Shown here: positions 9,488-18,120 of the stretch, one piece after another
Position numbering within the stretch: position 1 is the first letter of the stretch
Layout of the letters: every line of letters begins with the position of its first letter
Source: Nitrospirota bacterium
GTDB lineage: Bacteria; Nitrospirota; UBA9217
Length of the DNA: 64,000 nucleotides
Direction: 5' to 3'
Assembly: GCA_029858565.1 (NCBI GenBank)
Contig: JAOUEV010000005.1
Location: 1 to 64,000 of the forward strand
Notes under the pieces: model-generated
The model's database searches: none
Seen by the model: the letters and a program-made list of their open reading frames with translations, nothing else
What the model was told of the DNA's origin: nothing
Translations under genes and position numbers: made by a program

Positions 9488-11851
9488 TCAGCCGCATTTC
9501 GAGAACCCGCAGCCGTGGCAGACCGCGCATCCCTCGCCGAACTGCAGGAGCCCCCCGCATTCCGGGCACTCCGGGCAGAGCCCGAGGTGGTTCTTGCCGT
9601 CAACCTTCTTGAGGCAATCGTTCGATCCATAGGTGACCGTGGGCTGTGCGGCAACAGCACCCGTTTCGGCCTGTTCCTTTTTCAGCCGCGGATGCCGGAC
9701 AGCCATGCCGTCCTTGGCATACCGCTCAAGCGCCCGCGCAATAGCATCGGGACAGGACAGGATGTTGCCGCCTTCACCCCAGGCCGGCGACGGGCAGCGG
9801 ATGCCCTTCACCTGCTTCACAATGGCATCCATGGCAACACCCGAGCGCAGGGCCAGGGACACCAGGCGGCTCACGGCCTCGGACTGGCTCGATGCGCAGC
9901 CACCGGACTTGCCCATGGTCGAGAACACCTCGCAGATGCCTTCCTCGTCCTCATTGATGGTGATATAGAGGTTGCCGCAGCCCGTGGGGATCTTCTGGGT
10001 TATGCCATGGGTCAGGAGCGGGCGGTTCCTGGGCTTTTTCTCCTCTGCCAGAAGCGGAGAAGCGGAGGCAACGGCCATCTGGGCGGCTTTGCGGGCCTTT
10101 TCCGTTGCGCCGGTGGACAGGACCTGCTCGTCCCGCGAGCCGTCACGATAGATGGTCACGCCCTTGCAGCCCAGATGATAGGCCAGAAGATAGGCCTTTT
10201 CCACGTCCTTGACCGTTGCCGCATGGGAGAAGTTGACGGTCTTGGACACGGCGTTGTCCGTATACTTCTGGAAAGCCGCCTGCATCCGGATATGCCACTC
10301 AGGGCTGATGTCGTGGGATGTCACATAGACCTGCTGCAGGTCCCCGGGCACCGACTCGATGCCCGTGCACCCGCCGTGCTCGGCGATCTGCTTCATCAGC
10401 TCATCGTTGAAGATGCCCCGTTCCTTGGCAGCTGCCTCGAACAGGGGGTTTGCCTCGATCAGTTCCGCGCCGTCCATGACCCTGCGGACGAACGAAAGGG
10501 CAAAGAGCGGCTCGATCCCGCTCGAGCAGCCGGCGATGATCGAAAGCGTTCCGGTCGGGGCGATGGTGGTCACGGTGGCGTTCCTGACGGGCTCCTGGCC
10601 CGGCCGGTCGTAGATGCTGCCCTTGAAGTTCGGGAACGGTCCGCGCTCCCGTGCAAGCTCGACGCTCTTCTTGCGGCCCTCGTCGGTGATGAACTTCATG
10701 ACCGATTCGCCCAGCTGTACGGCCTTGTCGGAATTGTAGGGCACGCCCATCATGAGCAGCATGTCGGCGAAACCCATGACCCCCAGGCCGATCTTCCGGT
10801 TCGCCCGGGTATTCTCGGCGATCTTCTCGATGGGATAGCGGTTCACATCGATCACGTTGTCCAGGAAATGGACCGCTTCGCGCACCGTGTGGCGGAGCTT
10901 GGTGTAATCCACGCCGCCGTCCTTCGCCACCATACGCGCCAGGTTGATGGACCCGAGGTTGCAGGACTCGTAGGGAAGCAGCGGCTGCTCGCCGCAGGGG
11001 TTCGTGGACTCGATCATGCCCACGTGGGGCGTGGGATTCTGCTGGTTGATGCGGTCGAGGAAGATGATGCCCGGATCGCCGTTCTTCCAGGCCATGTTCA
11101 CGATCGTGTCGAAGACATTCCGCGCCTTGAGCTTCTTGACCGCGGCCCGGGTCCGGGGAGAGAGCAGGTCGTACTCGCTGTCCTTTTCCACGGCCTTCAT
11201 GAAGGTGTCGGTAAGGGCAACGGAGATATTGAAGTTGTTCAGCCGGTCGTTCTGCTGCTTGCAGGTGATGAAGTCCAGGATATCCGGGTGGTCGATGGAA
11301 AGGATGCCCATGTTGGCGCCCCGCCGCGTGCCTCCCTGTTTCACCGTGTCCGTGGCCGCGTCAAAGACCGTCATGAAGGATATGGGGCCCGAAGAAATGC
11401 CCTTGGTGGTCTTGACCACATCGCTCTTCGGACGGAGACGGGAGAAGGAGAAGCCCGTGCCGCCGCCGGACTTGTGGATCAGGGCCGCGTTCTTCACGGA
11501 CTCGAAGATCTCTTCCATGGAGTCGCCCACGGGCAGAACGAAACAGGCCGAAAGCTGGCCCAGTTCCCGTCCCGCGTTCATGAGCGTCGGGCTGTTCGGC
11601 AGGAACTCGAGCGAGGTCATGAGGCGGTAGAACTCCTCGGCCGTCTTTTCGATCTCCGCCGGCTTTGCGCCGAAGGTTGCATCGCCGGCCGCAATGGTCT
11701 TGGCCACGCGCATGAACATATCCACGGCTGTCTCGGTGACGGTCCCGTCCTCATTGCGCTTTAAGTAACGCTTTTCGAGAACTTTGATGCTGTTCTCCGA
11801 AAGCTGAAGCCCGGAACCGGATGCCGTCACAGCGGAAGCCGCAGTTTTCAT
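9488..11851 (-). CDS. nrdJ: Adenosylcobalamin-dependent (class II) ribonucleotide reductase with TSCPD/Zn-ribbon C-terminus
   Basis: NSPTLMNAG, LSACFV, KQGGTRRGANM, TNPCGEQ, TIAPTGT, CKGVTIYRDGS, terminal CGFSKCG; GAGGAGG RBS before MKTAAS. Confidence 0.95.
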   Translation of the reverse strand: MKTAASAVTASGSGLQLSENSIKVLEKRYLKRNEDGTVTETAVDMFMRVAKTIAAGDATFGAKPAEIEKTAEEFYRLMTSLEFLPNSPTLMNAGRELGQLSACFVLPVGDSMEEIFESVKNAALIHKSGGGTGFSFSRLRPKSDVVKTTKGISSGPISFMTVFDAATDTVKQGGTRRGANMGILSIDHPDILDFITCKQQNDRLNNFNISVALTDTFMKAVEKDSEYDLLSPRTRAAVKKLKARNVFDTIVNMAWKNGDPGIIFLDRINQQNPTPHVGMIESTNPCGEQPLLPYESCNLGSINLARMVAKDGGVDYTKLRHTVREAVHFLDNVIDVNRYPIEKIAENTRANRKIGLGVMGFADMLLMMGVPYNSDKAVQLGESVMKFITDEGRKKSVELARERGPFPNFKGSIYDRPGQEPVRNATVTTIAPTGTLSIIAGCSSGIEPLFALSFVRRVMDGAELIEANPLFEAAAKERGIFNDELMKQIAEHGGCTGIESVPGDLQQVYVTSHDISPEWHIRMQAAFQKYTDNAVSKTVNFSHAATVKDVEKAYLLAYHLGCKGVTIYRDGSRDEQVLSTGATEKARKAAQMAVASASPLLAEEKKPRNRPLLTHGITQKIPTGCGNLYITINEDEEGICEVFSTMGKSGGCASSQSEAVSRLVSLALRSGVAMDAIVKQVKGIRCPSPAWGEGGNILSCPDAIARALERYAKDGMAVRHPRLKKEQAETGAVAAQPTVTYGSNDCLKKVDGKNHLGLCPECPECGGLLQFGEGCAVCHGCGFSKCG

Positions 11852-12118
11852 GGATGCTGTTCCTCCTCGGAATATGAGTATATGAATTTCGGAATTACCT
11901 TTGTAAGAAAGCGTATTAAAGACACAGAAAGCGACCAGAACGGTCGCTCCCCCCATTACATTACATCGGCACTATCGTTGATCTTCTTCGAGTTATGCTC
12001 ACGCAGGATTTCTTCGAGATGCGCACGTGGACCTCAACAGAAACGCTTTGTGTTTTGAAACTGCTCGAGGAACAGAAAAAGGGAACAGCTGAAGACTTCT
12101 TGATCAACAAACGTCCTG

Positions 12119-12171
12119 AGTATACATACAAGATATAGTATTGTCAAGCGAAAAGGTCACTAGTTCTTGTA
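12119..12171 (-). promoter_or_regulatory. Sigma70 promoter of nrdJ overlapped by two NrdR boxes
   Basis: TTGACA-17-TATACT (12147-12119); ATACTATATCTTGTA in the spacer and CACTAGTTCTTGT 31 bp away. Confidence 0.85.
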
Positions 12172-12400
12172 AAACTCGACTGTGTGTGCAGCCTTGATTC
12201 CGGCGAATTGGCGTGGTTTTTTTGCGCCTGAAGCAGCCGAATGGGCATAAAAACAGGCTGGAATCATAACACGGTTTTATCGGACCGCTCCAGACAAGCA
12301 TTTTATGAGCGACGAGCGACCGGATACCCTAAAAATACCCTGCCCTCTCCCGACCTTCTTCCCCATCCTTAATTCCGCGATCCGAAATCCGCAATGACAT

Positions 12401-13090
12401 TCATCTTCCCCGCTCCCACACCACCGCATTGTCGTAATCGTGGAAGAGTTTTTCGCGTCTCCGGAATTCCGGCGAATGTACGCTCCTGCGCCCACTCGCC
12501 CGGCTGATACCCAGGGCCGCATGGAGCATCTCATGGTAAACCACGAAGGCCACGTAGTACCGCGGGACCGGCCGCCTGTCCAGCACCGGGTTGATCCTGA
12601 TCGTGTTCGACCGTTCGCTGTAGCTGCCGAGCGTCCTTTTCCGCACAGCACCGCGGGCGCTGCTCGTTCCCCAGGTGACCGCCGCGGTCACCGCGCCGCC
12701 GAAGTACCGGGCGTTTATTTCGTCGTACAGTTCCCGGAGATCATGAAATTTGCCCTGGGCCACCAGAAAAACTCTGTTCGGCCGTTTCTTCGCAAGTTCT
12801 TCCCGATGGTCGCGGATGAATTTCCGGAACCGGGGCATGGCTGCGCGCCTGCTCTTCAGAAACTCGACGATCTCGTCGAGCACCCCGCTGTCCACAACAA
12901 CAAACAGCCGGTGCAGGCGGACCAGGAGGATCCCGTCCCTGATCCTGGCAGACAACATGCTCGTCGAATTGCCGGTCAGAACGAGAGAAACGGGCCTGGC
13001 GAGGCGTTCTTCAAAAAACTGCCGGAGTGAGCTTTCGGAGTGTTCAAAGCGGAGGTTCAGGGGAAGATTCGTCGTGATGTCTTTGTTCAT
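12401..13090 (-). CDS. SprT/YgjP-like zinc metalloprotease domain protein
   Basis: LGSY...IRINPVLD...YHEMLH...HSPEFR. Confidence 0.85.
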   Translation of the reverse strand: MNKDITTNLPLNLRFEHSESSLRQFFEERLARPVSLVLTGNSTSMLSARIRDGILLVRLHRLFVVVDSGVLDEIVEFLKSRRAAMPRFRKFIRDHREELAKKRPNRVFLVAQGKFHDLRELYDEINARYFGGAVTAAVTWGTSSARGAVRKRTLGSYSERSNTIRINPVLDRRPVPRYYVAFVVYHEMLHAALGISRASGRRSVHSPEFRRREKLFHDYDNAVVWERGR

Positions 13091-13134
13091 GCTCTATCTG
13101 TTATCAATTTGAACTGTTTTTAAATTCCTCGTTT

Positions 13135-13159
13135 GTCATTCCCGCGCAGGCGGGAATCT
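13135..13159. repeat. REP-like palindrome GTCATTCCCGCGCAGGCGGGAATC
   Basis: ATTCCC-N8-GGGAAT, the same pattern as neisserial dRS3. Confidence 0.75.
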
Positions 13160-13166
13160 AGGGCAA

Positions 13167-13829
13167 TCAATCCGGCCATTCAGCCCCCGCTTTTTCAAAG
13201 TACTCATAATCAGGATACACTTTCGATCTCTTGCCGAAATATCTTGCTGTAGTAACTTTGCACTCAAATGAGTCTTCCAACTCATCAACATTCAGCGCCA
13301 ATTCCTCCGGATGCGGCAGCATGCCCTGCGTCAGCGCGAAGGTTTCGGAATTGTAAGTGTCTTTAAACCAGGGAGGCAGGTTCAGCATGGTCTCGGAAGA
13401 CGTCAAGAAATCTATATCAAAAAAGAACAAATCAATGAGGTCCTCGAAATCGATTTTCTCGACATAAAAAGGGCCAACCAGTGACATGTTTCGTTTATCC
13501 CGTTTGTCTATTGCATCGAGAACGCCGTCGTTGTGGACTTCCACGAAAAAACGAAGCACGTCGAACAACAGCAGGTAGTGATAATCGTTGAGATAATATA
13601 CTTCCGGACGGTCAAGGCATTTACGCAGGTTCTGCAGCGTGTCGAACGCTAATTTTGGAGGGAACGACTTGCCTGCATCCGGAAAGACCGCCGCGAAATC
13701 CTCCCGCGCCTCATCCGAATCAGGAGCAGCCGCCGGCAGCATGTCGGAAACAAAGTCGATCGTAAAGTCCAGACCGTCTCTGAGGATTGCCTGAAAAACC
13801 GCGTCGGGCGCCTTTGCAAATCTCAGCAC
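13167..13829 (-). CDS. Hypothetical acidic protein
   Basis: 220-aa ORF, GTG start with AAGGGG upstream, AT-richer than the flanks. Confidence 0.75.
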   Translation of the reverse strand: MLRFAKAPDAVFQAILRDGLDFTIDFVSDMLPAAAPDSDEAREDFAAVFPDAGKSFPPKLAFDTLQNLRKCLDRPEVYYLNDYHYLLLFDVLRFFVEVHNDGVLDAIDKRDKRNMSLVGPFYVEKIDFEDLIDLFFFDIDFLTSSETMLNLPPWFKDTYNSETFALTQGMLPHPEELALNVDELEDSFECKVTTARYFGKRSKVYPDYEYFEKAGAEWPD

Positions 13830-14033
13830 TGTTCACCCCTTATCAACTTGCATGGACAGGAGCACTTTGAAGGTCAGGAGGTTATCACCCTGGACTGGAA
13901 GGCTCCCGGCATACGGTCAATCTGGATTTCGAACTTACTTTCGTGATGTTTATGCTCATTTTTCTTTTCTTCCATTTTCTAACTCCTCTAATCGAAATAT
14001 TTATTTCGTGCTCGTTCTCGATCGCCCTACAGA

Positions 14034-14315
14034 TCATTTCCCTTGTTCGTTATATTTCGGCTTGGTTCGGGAAATGATAGCCTGTTCTTTTTTCTGCGCC
14101 TTATGGATAGATGCCATTTGTTCAATTTGAACTTTTGCACCTGGTATTTTACCTGCGTCCAGATGCTCCTGAATTCGCTCCTGCGCTCTTCCGCGCTTAG
14201 CGATGCCGACGTAGTTCGTCTTGCCCGCCTCCGTCTGGATCTTATAAACCACTGGTTTCCCCACTGGCAGTTTCGACGCCCCTGCACTATTGAAATTAAC
14301 AGTTTTTCGTGTCAT
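14034..14315 (-). CDS. Small GIY-YIG nuclease-like protein
   Basis: PVVY...YVGIA...RIQEH...E...PKYN; AGGAGG RBS. Confidence 0.8.
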   Translation of the reverse strand: MTRKTVNFNSAGASKLPVGKPVVYKIQTEAGKTNYVGIAKRGRAQERIQEHLDAGKIPGAKVQIEQMASIHKAQKKEQAIISRTKPKYNEQGK

Positions 14316-14342
14316 TACGCGCCTCCTTCTCACTTGTTCTAT

Positions 14343-15428
14343 TCAGCGAACGAATATGTTGCTCACTTTACTGATCAGGTTTCGCAAATTGGTATAGGGA
14401 ATTAGTTCTTCATGCTGCAACCGCCCGACAACAATCGCGGGATGCACGCCGACTTGCTCTGAAAAAGCGAGCACGGCGCTACGAGAGAAGTAGGGGTTCG
14501 TACGCTTTGCAAAGTCCTTGAATAGAGCCGGTGAAATGAGAAGGTCTCGGGCTTTCTGATTCGTTCTTCGCTCGACCTCGCTATCCGGTTCGTTGATAAT
14601 GTCGCTGTCAAGATAGCCTTCCGCGCTTTTCGATCCTTCCATGACATGGACCAGTTCGTGCATGAGTGTGAACCAGAAATTATCGATCCTGTCCAAGCGC
14701 AGGGACAACGCTACGGCGGGAGCATTTGCATCCAGCCAGAACGCAGCACCATCCACGCGGGTATGCGGCAAATGCGGGATAAAAACAAGACGGACGCCAA
14801 GATCGCACAGTCTTTTCGGAACAGTTGCTGCCCTTCGTTCATCACGGGACATGCCGGGCATTTCATTGACAAAGTTCCTCAGCCCTTGCGGATCGAAGAC
14901 CCCGCATTGGAGTTTGCCGGCCTCTATCTCGGCTTTCCGCACCCAGGCGAGCAGCGAAGGAGTGTCGATGTTCCCGGCAACGGATTTCCGGAAGTTCGCG
15001 GCTATTTTCGGTTCATCATCAATAGTTGCTATTCCTAGAAATCCACAGACTTCGGCCTGCTGTTGCTCAAAGGACTTGTACGACCTGATCCATCGCCGCC
15101 TGATCAACTCTTTAACAGGCGCCTTGCCATATAACCGTGCCTTGAGTGTAACGGTTTCGGTTTTATCCCGCTTCTGATGAAGCAAGTCCAGTCTGTAAGC
15201 AGATTCCAGGTTCAACCAAAATTCGGGCGAAGTGCCGAGCGCCTGGGAGAACAAAACAGCGGTTTCCGGCGTGACTGCTTTCTTGCCGGTCACGATCTCG
15301 CTGATAGCCTGCAAGGGTCTCCCGATGATCTCTGCGAAATCCGCCTGGGTCCAGCCACGCGCGTCGAGTTCATCACGGAGGATTTCACCCGGCAGCACTG
15401 CTTTGTATGGTCTTTTGCTCGTTTCCAT
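14343..15428 (-). CDS. higA: HigA antitoxin (XRE HTH) fused to an ImmA/IrrE-type metallopeptidase domain
   Basis: PGEILRDEL...WTQADFAE...SPEFWLNL; RIDNFWFTLMHELVH. Confidence 0.88.
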   Translation of the reverse strand: METSKRPYKAVLPGEILRDELDARGWTQADFAEIIGRPLQAISEIVTGKKAVTPETAVLFSQALGTSPEFWLNLESAYRLDLLHQKRDKTETVTLKARLYGKAPVKELIRRRWIRSYKSFEQQQAEVCGFLGIATIDDEPKIAANFRKSVAGNIDTPSLLAWVRKAEIEAGKLQCGVFDPQGLRNFVNEMPGMSRDERRAATVPKRLCDLGVRLVFIPHLPHTRVDGAAFWLDANAPAVALSLRLDRIDNFWFTLMHELVHVMEGSKSAEGYLDSDIINEPDSEVERRTNQKARDLLISPALFKDFAKRTNPYFSRSAVLAFSEQVGVHPAIVVGRLQHEELIPYTNLRNLISKVSNIFVR

Positions 15429-15429
15429 T

Positions 15430-15729
15430 CTAGTCACCATAGTGCCTATTGATCTCAATAATAACGACGATCTTTCCGTTCTTGTCCTTTTCAAAGGTAA
15501 GAATAAGTCGCCATGCCTTGTTCAGCCGGATCGAGTACCGGTTCCCCGGGCCTTTCAATTTCTCGAAATGCAGACTTTTGAGTGCTCGCAGGTCCCTTTC
15601 ATCGGCCGCCGCCTCGATTATTCGCACCCGCTTGACGAATGCCTCTGCAATACCTGGCGGGTACTGTACAAAATCAGTACCATGCTCGTACAACCTCGTG
15701 AGCCCTTTGTCGAGAAACCGATATCTCAA
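15430..15729 (-). CDS. higB: HigB (RelE/ParE-family) toxin
   Basis: DLRALKSLHFEKLKG...YSIRLNKAWRLI; toxin-before-antitoxin order. Confidence 0.9.
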   Translation of the reverse strand: MRYRFLDKGLTRLYEHGTDFVQYPPGIAEAFVKRVRIIEAAADERDLRALKSLHFEKLKGPGNRYSIRLNKAWRLILTFEKDKNGKIVVIIEINRHYGD

Positions 15730-15743
15730 CGATCTTCTCCTAA

Positions 15744-15794
15744 ACTATATACCAGCACCTTTATATTGTCAATATAAATTCACCCATAGGGTGA
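15744..15794 (-). promoter_or_regulatory. higBA promoter with palindromic operators
   Basis: TTGACA-17-TATAGT; perfect palindrome TTTATATTG-T-CAATATAAA over the -35 and TCACCC-ATA-GGGTGA next to it. Confidence 0.75.
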
Positions 15795-15987
15795 TATCAA
15801 TAAAACAAGATCATTGCCTTTTCATGACCCGCACCTTTCGAACTTTTGGGGTCTTACGTAGCCTTCTTATGCTTAAACGCAAAAGAGCGACCCTAATACG
15901 CCCCGGTCGCTCTCTTCGCCTCATAGTGGCCGCTTTTTGAAATATTAAAAGATCGTTGGCTTTGAAGCTTCTTCACGCGACGGGCTG

Positions 15988-16041
15988 AGTATACATACAA
16001 GATATAGTGTTGTCAAGCGAAAACATCACTATATTTTGTAT
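15988..16041 (-). promoter_or_regulatory. Second copy of the sigma70 promoter with two NrdR boxes
   Basis: TTGACA-17-TATACT; ACACTATATCTTGTA and TCACTATATTTTGTA 32 bp apart. Confidence 0.8.
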
Positions 16042-16241
16042 AAAAAACAAAGACTATTAAAGTTACTAATGCACTTATTTGACGCTAATTTTTTTATCTC
16101 GGTACGCCGCCAGGGGCATAAAGACAGGGCACTTATAGAACACGATTCTATCGGACCGCTCCAGACAATGGTTTCGTGAATGTGGGGAAAATTGGAGAGT
16201 AAATACTCCGGGGGTCGTTCGCCCCCGGAGGGTGGGGTCGA

Positions 16242-16646
16242 TTACATTTTCCGCTTCAGGAACAGTCCGAGAGCCTTGTCGGAATACTTGATATGGTTCT
16301 TGAGCCAGTCCACCAGGAGCTGGTTCGCCTCCTCGATCAGTTCGGCATTGGCGCCGCGGGCCATGAATTTCTCCTTCAGGCGTCCAAAGGTCTTCACGAA
16401 CAGGTCGTGCTGGGCCAGGTGCTGCACCTTGTTGGTGTACCCGTACTTGACCATGTACTTTTCCTCGTTGCCGAAGTGAAAGACCACATATTCGGTCAGG
16501 AAATTTATGACCTTATCCACCTCTGCGTGCGCCTTTCCCTGCTTCCACGCTTCGAGGAGGCTGTCGATCCTCTTGAAAAGTTCCTTGTGCTGATCATCGA
16601 TCTCGTTCACTTCTGTTCCCAGGTCGGGGGTCCACTGGACTGACAT
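16242..16646 (-). CDS. Bacteriohemerythrin
   Basis: IDDQHKELF, HFGNEEKYM, HLAQH, WLKNHIKYSD. Confidence 0.95.
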   Translation of the reverse strand: MSVQWTPDLGTEVNEIDDQHKELFKRIDSLLEAWKQGKAHAEVDKVINFLTEYVVFHFGNEEKYMVKYGYTNKVQHLAQHDLFVKTFGRLKEKFMARGANAELIEEANQLLVDWLKNHIKYSDKALGLFLKRKM

Positions 16647-16860
16647 GATCGTATTTCTCCTTTCCTGCCGGGCCTGCCTGCGGACACGGCGACGTCATGC
16701 CAGCTATTATACCAGAGAACGGGTGTTTTGTGAATAATAAGGGAGGATTATAGTCGCAAATATCCCCTGCCGGGAAAGGTCTGTCACGAAATCCGCTGCG
16801 GCCGAAAACACCTTGACATGAGCAGGATCCTCCGATGGAAGCGTGGAAAAAAGAGCACGA

Positions 16861-17379
16861 TCAGGAGTGGAATTCCGTTGACTCGATGACGCCGGTGAGC
16901 GCGGACCAGACGAGACCCGCGAGTTGAATGGCCGCGGGAAGGGAGAGCGCCAGGAGAATGTACAGGAGATAGCGTTTCCGCGGAGGCACGACACTAGCCA
17001 GGGCTTGGAGTGGTTTTTTCAGCACAAAACCATTGAGCACGGCGGCGAAAGGCAGATAGATCACCAGGGTTGTCAAGAAATTCGTCTGCGTCACCGCGAA
17101 AACGAGCACAAAAAGAAAAAATTCGCTCGCTGTCAGGAATACCATGCATTTCCATGGCGTCCTTTGTGCGCCACCAACGCGGCAGGATAGCTGTGATTTG
17201 AGCAGCAGCGTAATGCCCAGGCTGAGAAGGAACATGAACCCGAGAAGGACGGCGGTCACGAAGCAGCCGACCTGCACGGCAAAAGCGTTCAGGGGCAGGG
17301 ACAGGACAAGAAGGCTCGCGGCGGCAGCAGGAGCGACGAGATGATCTGCGTCCGTATCGATTGTTACGAGGTCAGCCAT
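16861..17379 (-). CDS. Hypothetical membrane protein
   Basis: Several hydrophobic segments, GGAGG RBS. Confidence 0.6.
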   Translation of the reverse strand: MADLVTIDTDADHLVAPAAAASLLVLSLPLNAFAVQVGCFVTAVLLGFMFLLSLGITLLLKSQLSCRVGGAQRTPWKCMVFLTASEFFLFVLVFAVTQTNFLTTLVIYLPFAAVLNGFVLKKPLQALASVVPPRKRYLLYILLALSLPAAIQLAGLVWSALTGVIESTEFHS

Positions 17380-17566
17380 AACATCCTCCCGGTGATCAGG
17401 ATGCAGGAACAGTCCACGGCGGATCGATATTCTGATGGCATGTTAAGGAAATCCGGAAATGCTGTCAAACCGAGAATAGAACTAGCGAGAACATAAAGCT
17501 GGAGATTGAGCAAGGGTTTGACACCTTACCTCTTACCCCTTGCCCCTGACGGTCACCGGTCGTCAA

Positions 17567-18043
17567 TCACTCCACCACCCAGACAGCACAGTTCTTGGCC
17601 TCCCGGATCAGCCGGCTCGACGTGCTGCCGAACAGGAACTCCTCGGCCTTGGACTTGTGATGCCTCCCCACGACGACCGTGCAGCACGACAGGTCGCACC
17701 GCGTGTCGAGGATCGCCTCGGAAAAGGACTTCTCCTCGCCCACGCAGGAGCGAATGCGTACCTTGTCCGGCGGGAACCCGGACTGAACCATGACCTGGCG
17801 GTAGTTCTCGAGCATTTTGTTCGCCCCGGCCATCTTCTCCTTTGTCCATGCTATCTGCTCCTCCTCGGAATCAAAGAAGTCCTCCTCCGGCTCGGGGATG
17901 ATCGACAGCAGCGTTACCGCGAATCCGGGGAATCCTCCGACTATGTCCGCGACATACATCACTGCCCGCTTTGAACTTTCCGACTCATCGACCGCGATCA
18001 GAAAATGCTTGTCTTTCGGCTGGTTGCTGTTCTTCGTTTCCAT
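17567..18043 (-). CDS. Universal stress protein
   Basis: LIAVDESESSKRAV...VVVGR...FLFGSTS...VWVVE. Confidence 0.92.
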   Translation of the reverse strand: METKNSNQPKDKHFLIAVDESESSKRAVMYVADIVGGFPGFAVTLLSIIPEPEEDFFDSEEEQIAWTKEKMAGANKMLENYRQVMVQSGFPPDKVRIRSCVGEEKSFSEAILDTRCDLSCCTVVVGRHHKSKAEEFLFGSTSSRLIREAKNCAVWVVE

Positions 18044-18120
18044 CGTTCGCTCCTTTAATTGCTTCTGCATTTCCTTCTCGCTTTACACCTTACCCCTTAC
18101 TACTTACGACTGCCTTGAAG

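Noticed and set aside
9488-9490. UGA stops of nrdJ, fmdB and other Cys-rich genes as further Sec codons
   Set aside because: They fall at the normal family C-termini with no conserved-looking continuation.
9410-11764. 784-aa plus-strand ORF
   Set aside because: Antisense shadow of nrdJ caused by GC3 codon bias; no motifs.
9488-11851. Intein or intron in nrdJ
   Set aside because: Length and motif spacing are normal; no splice motifs seen.
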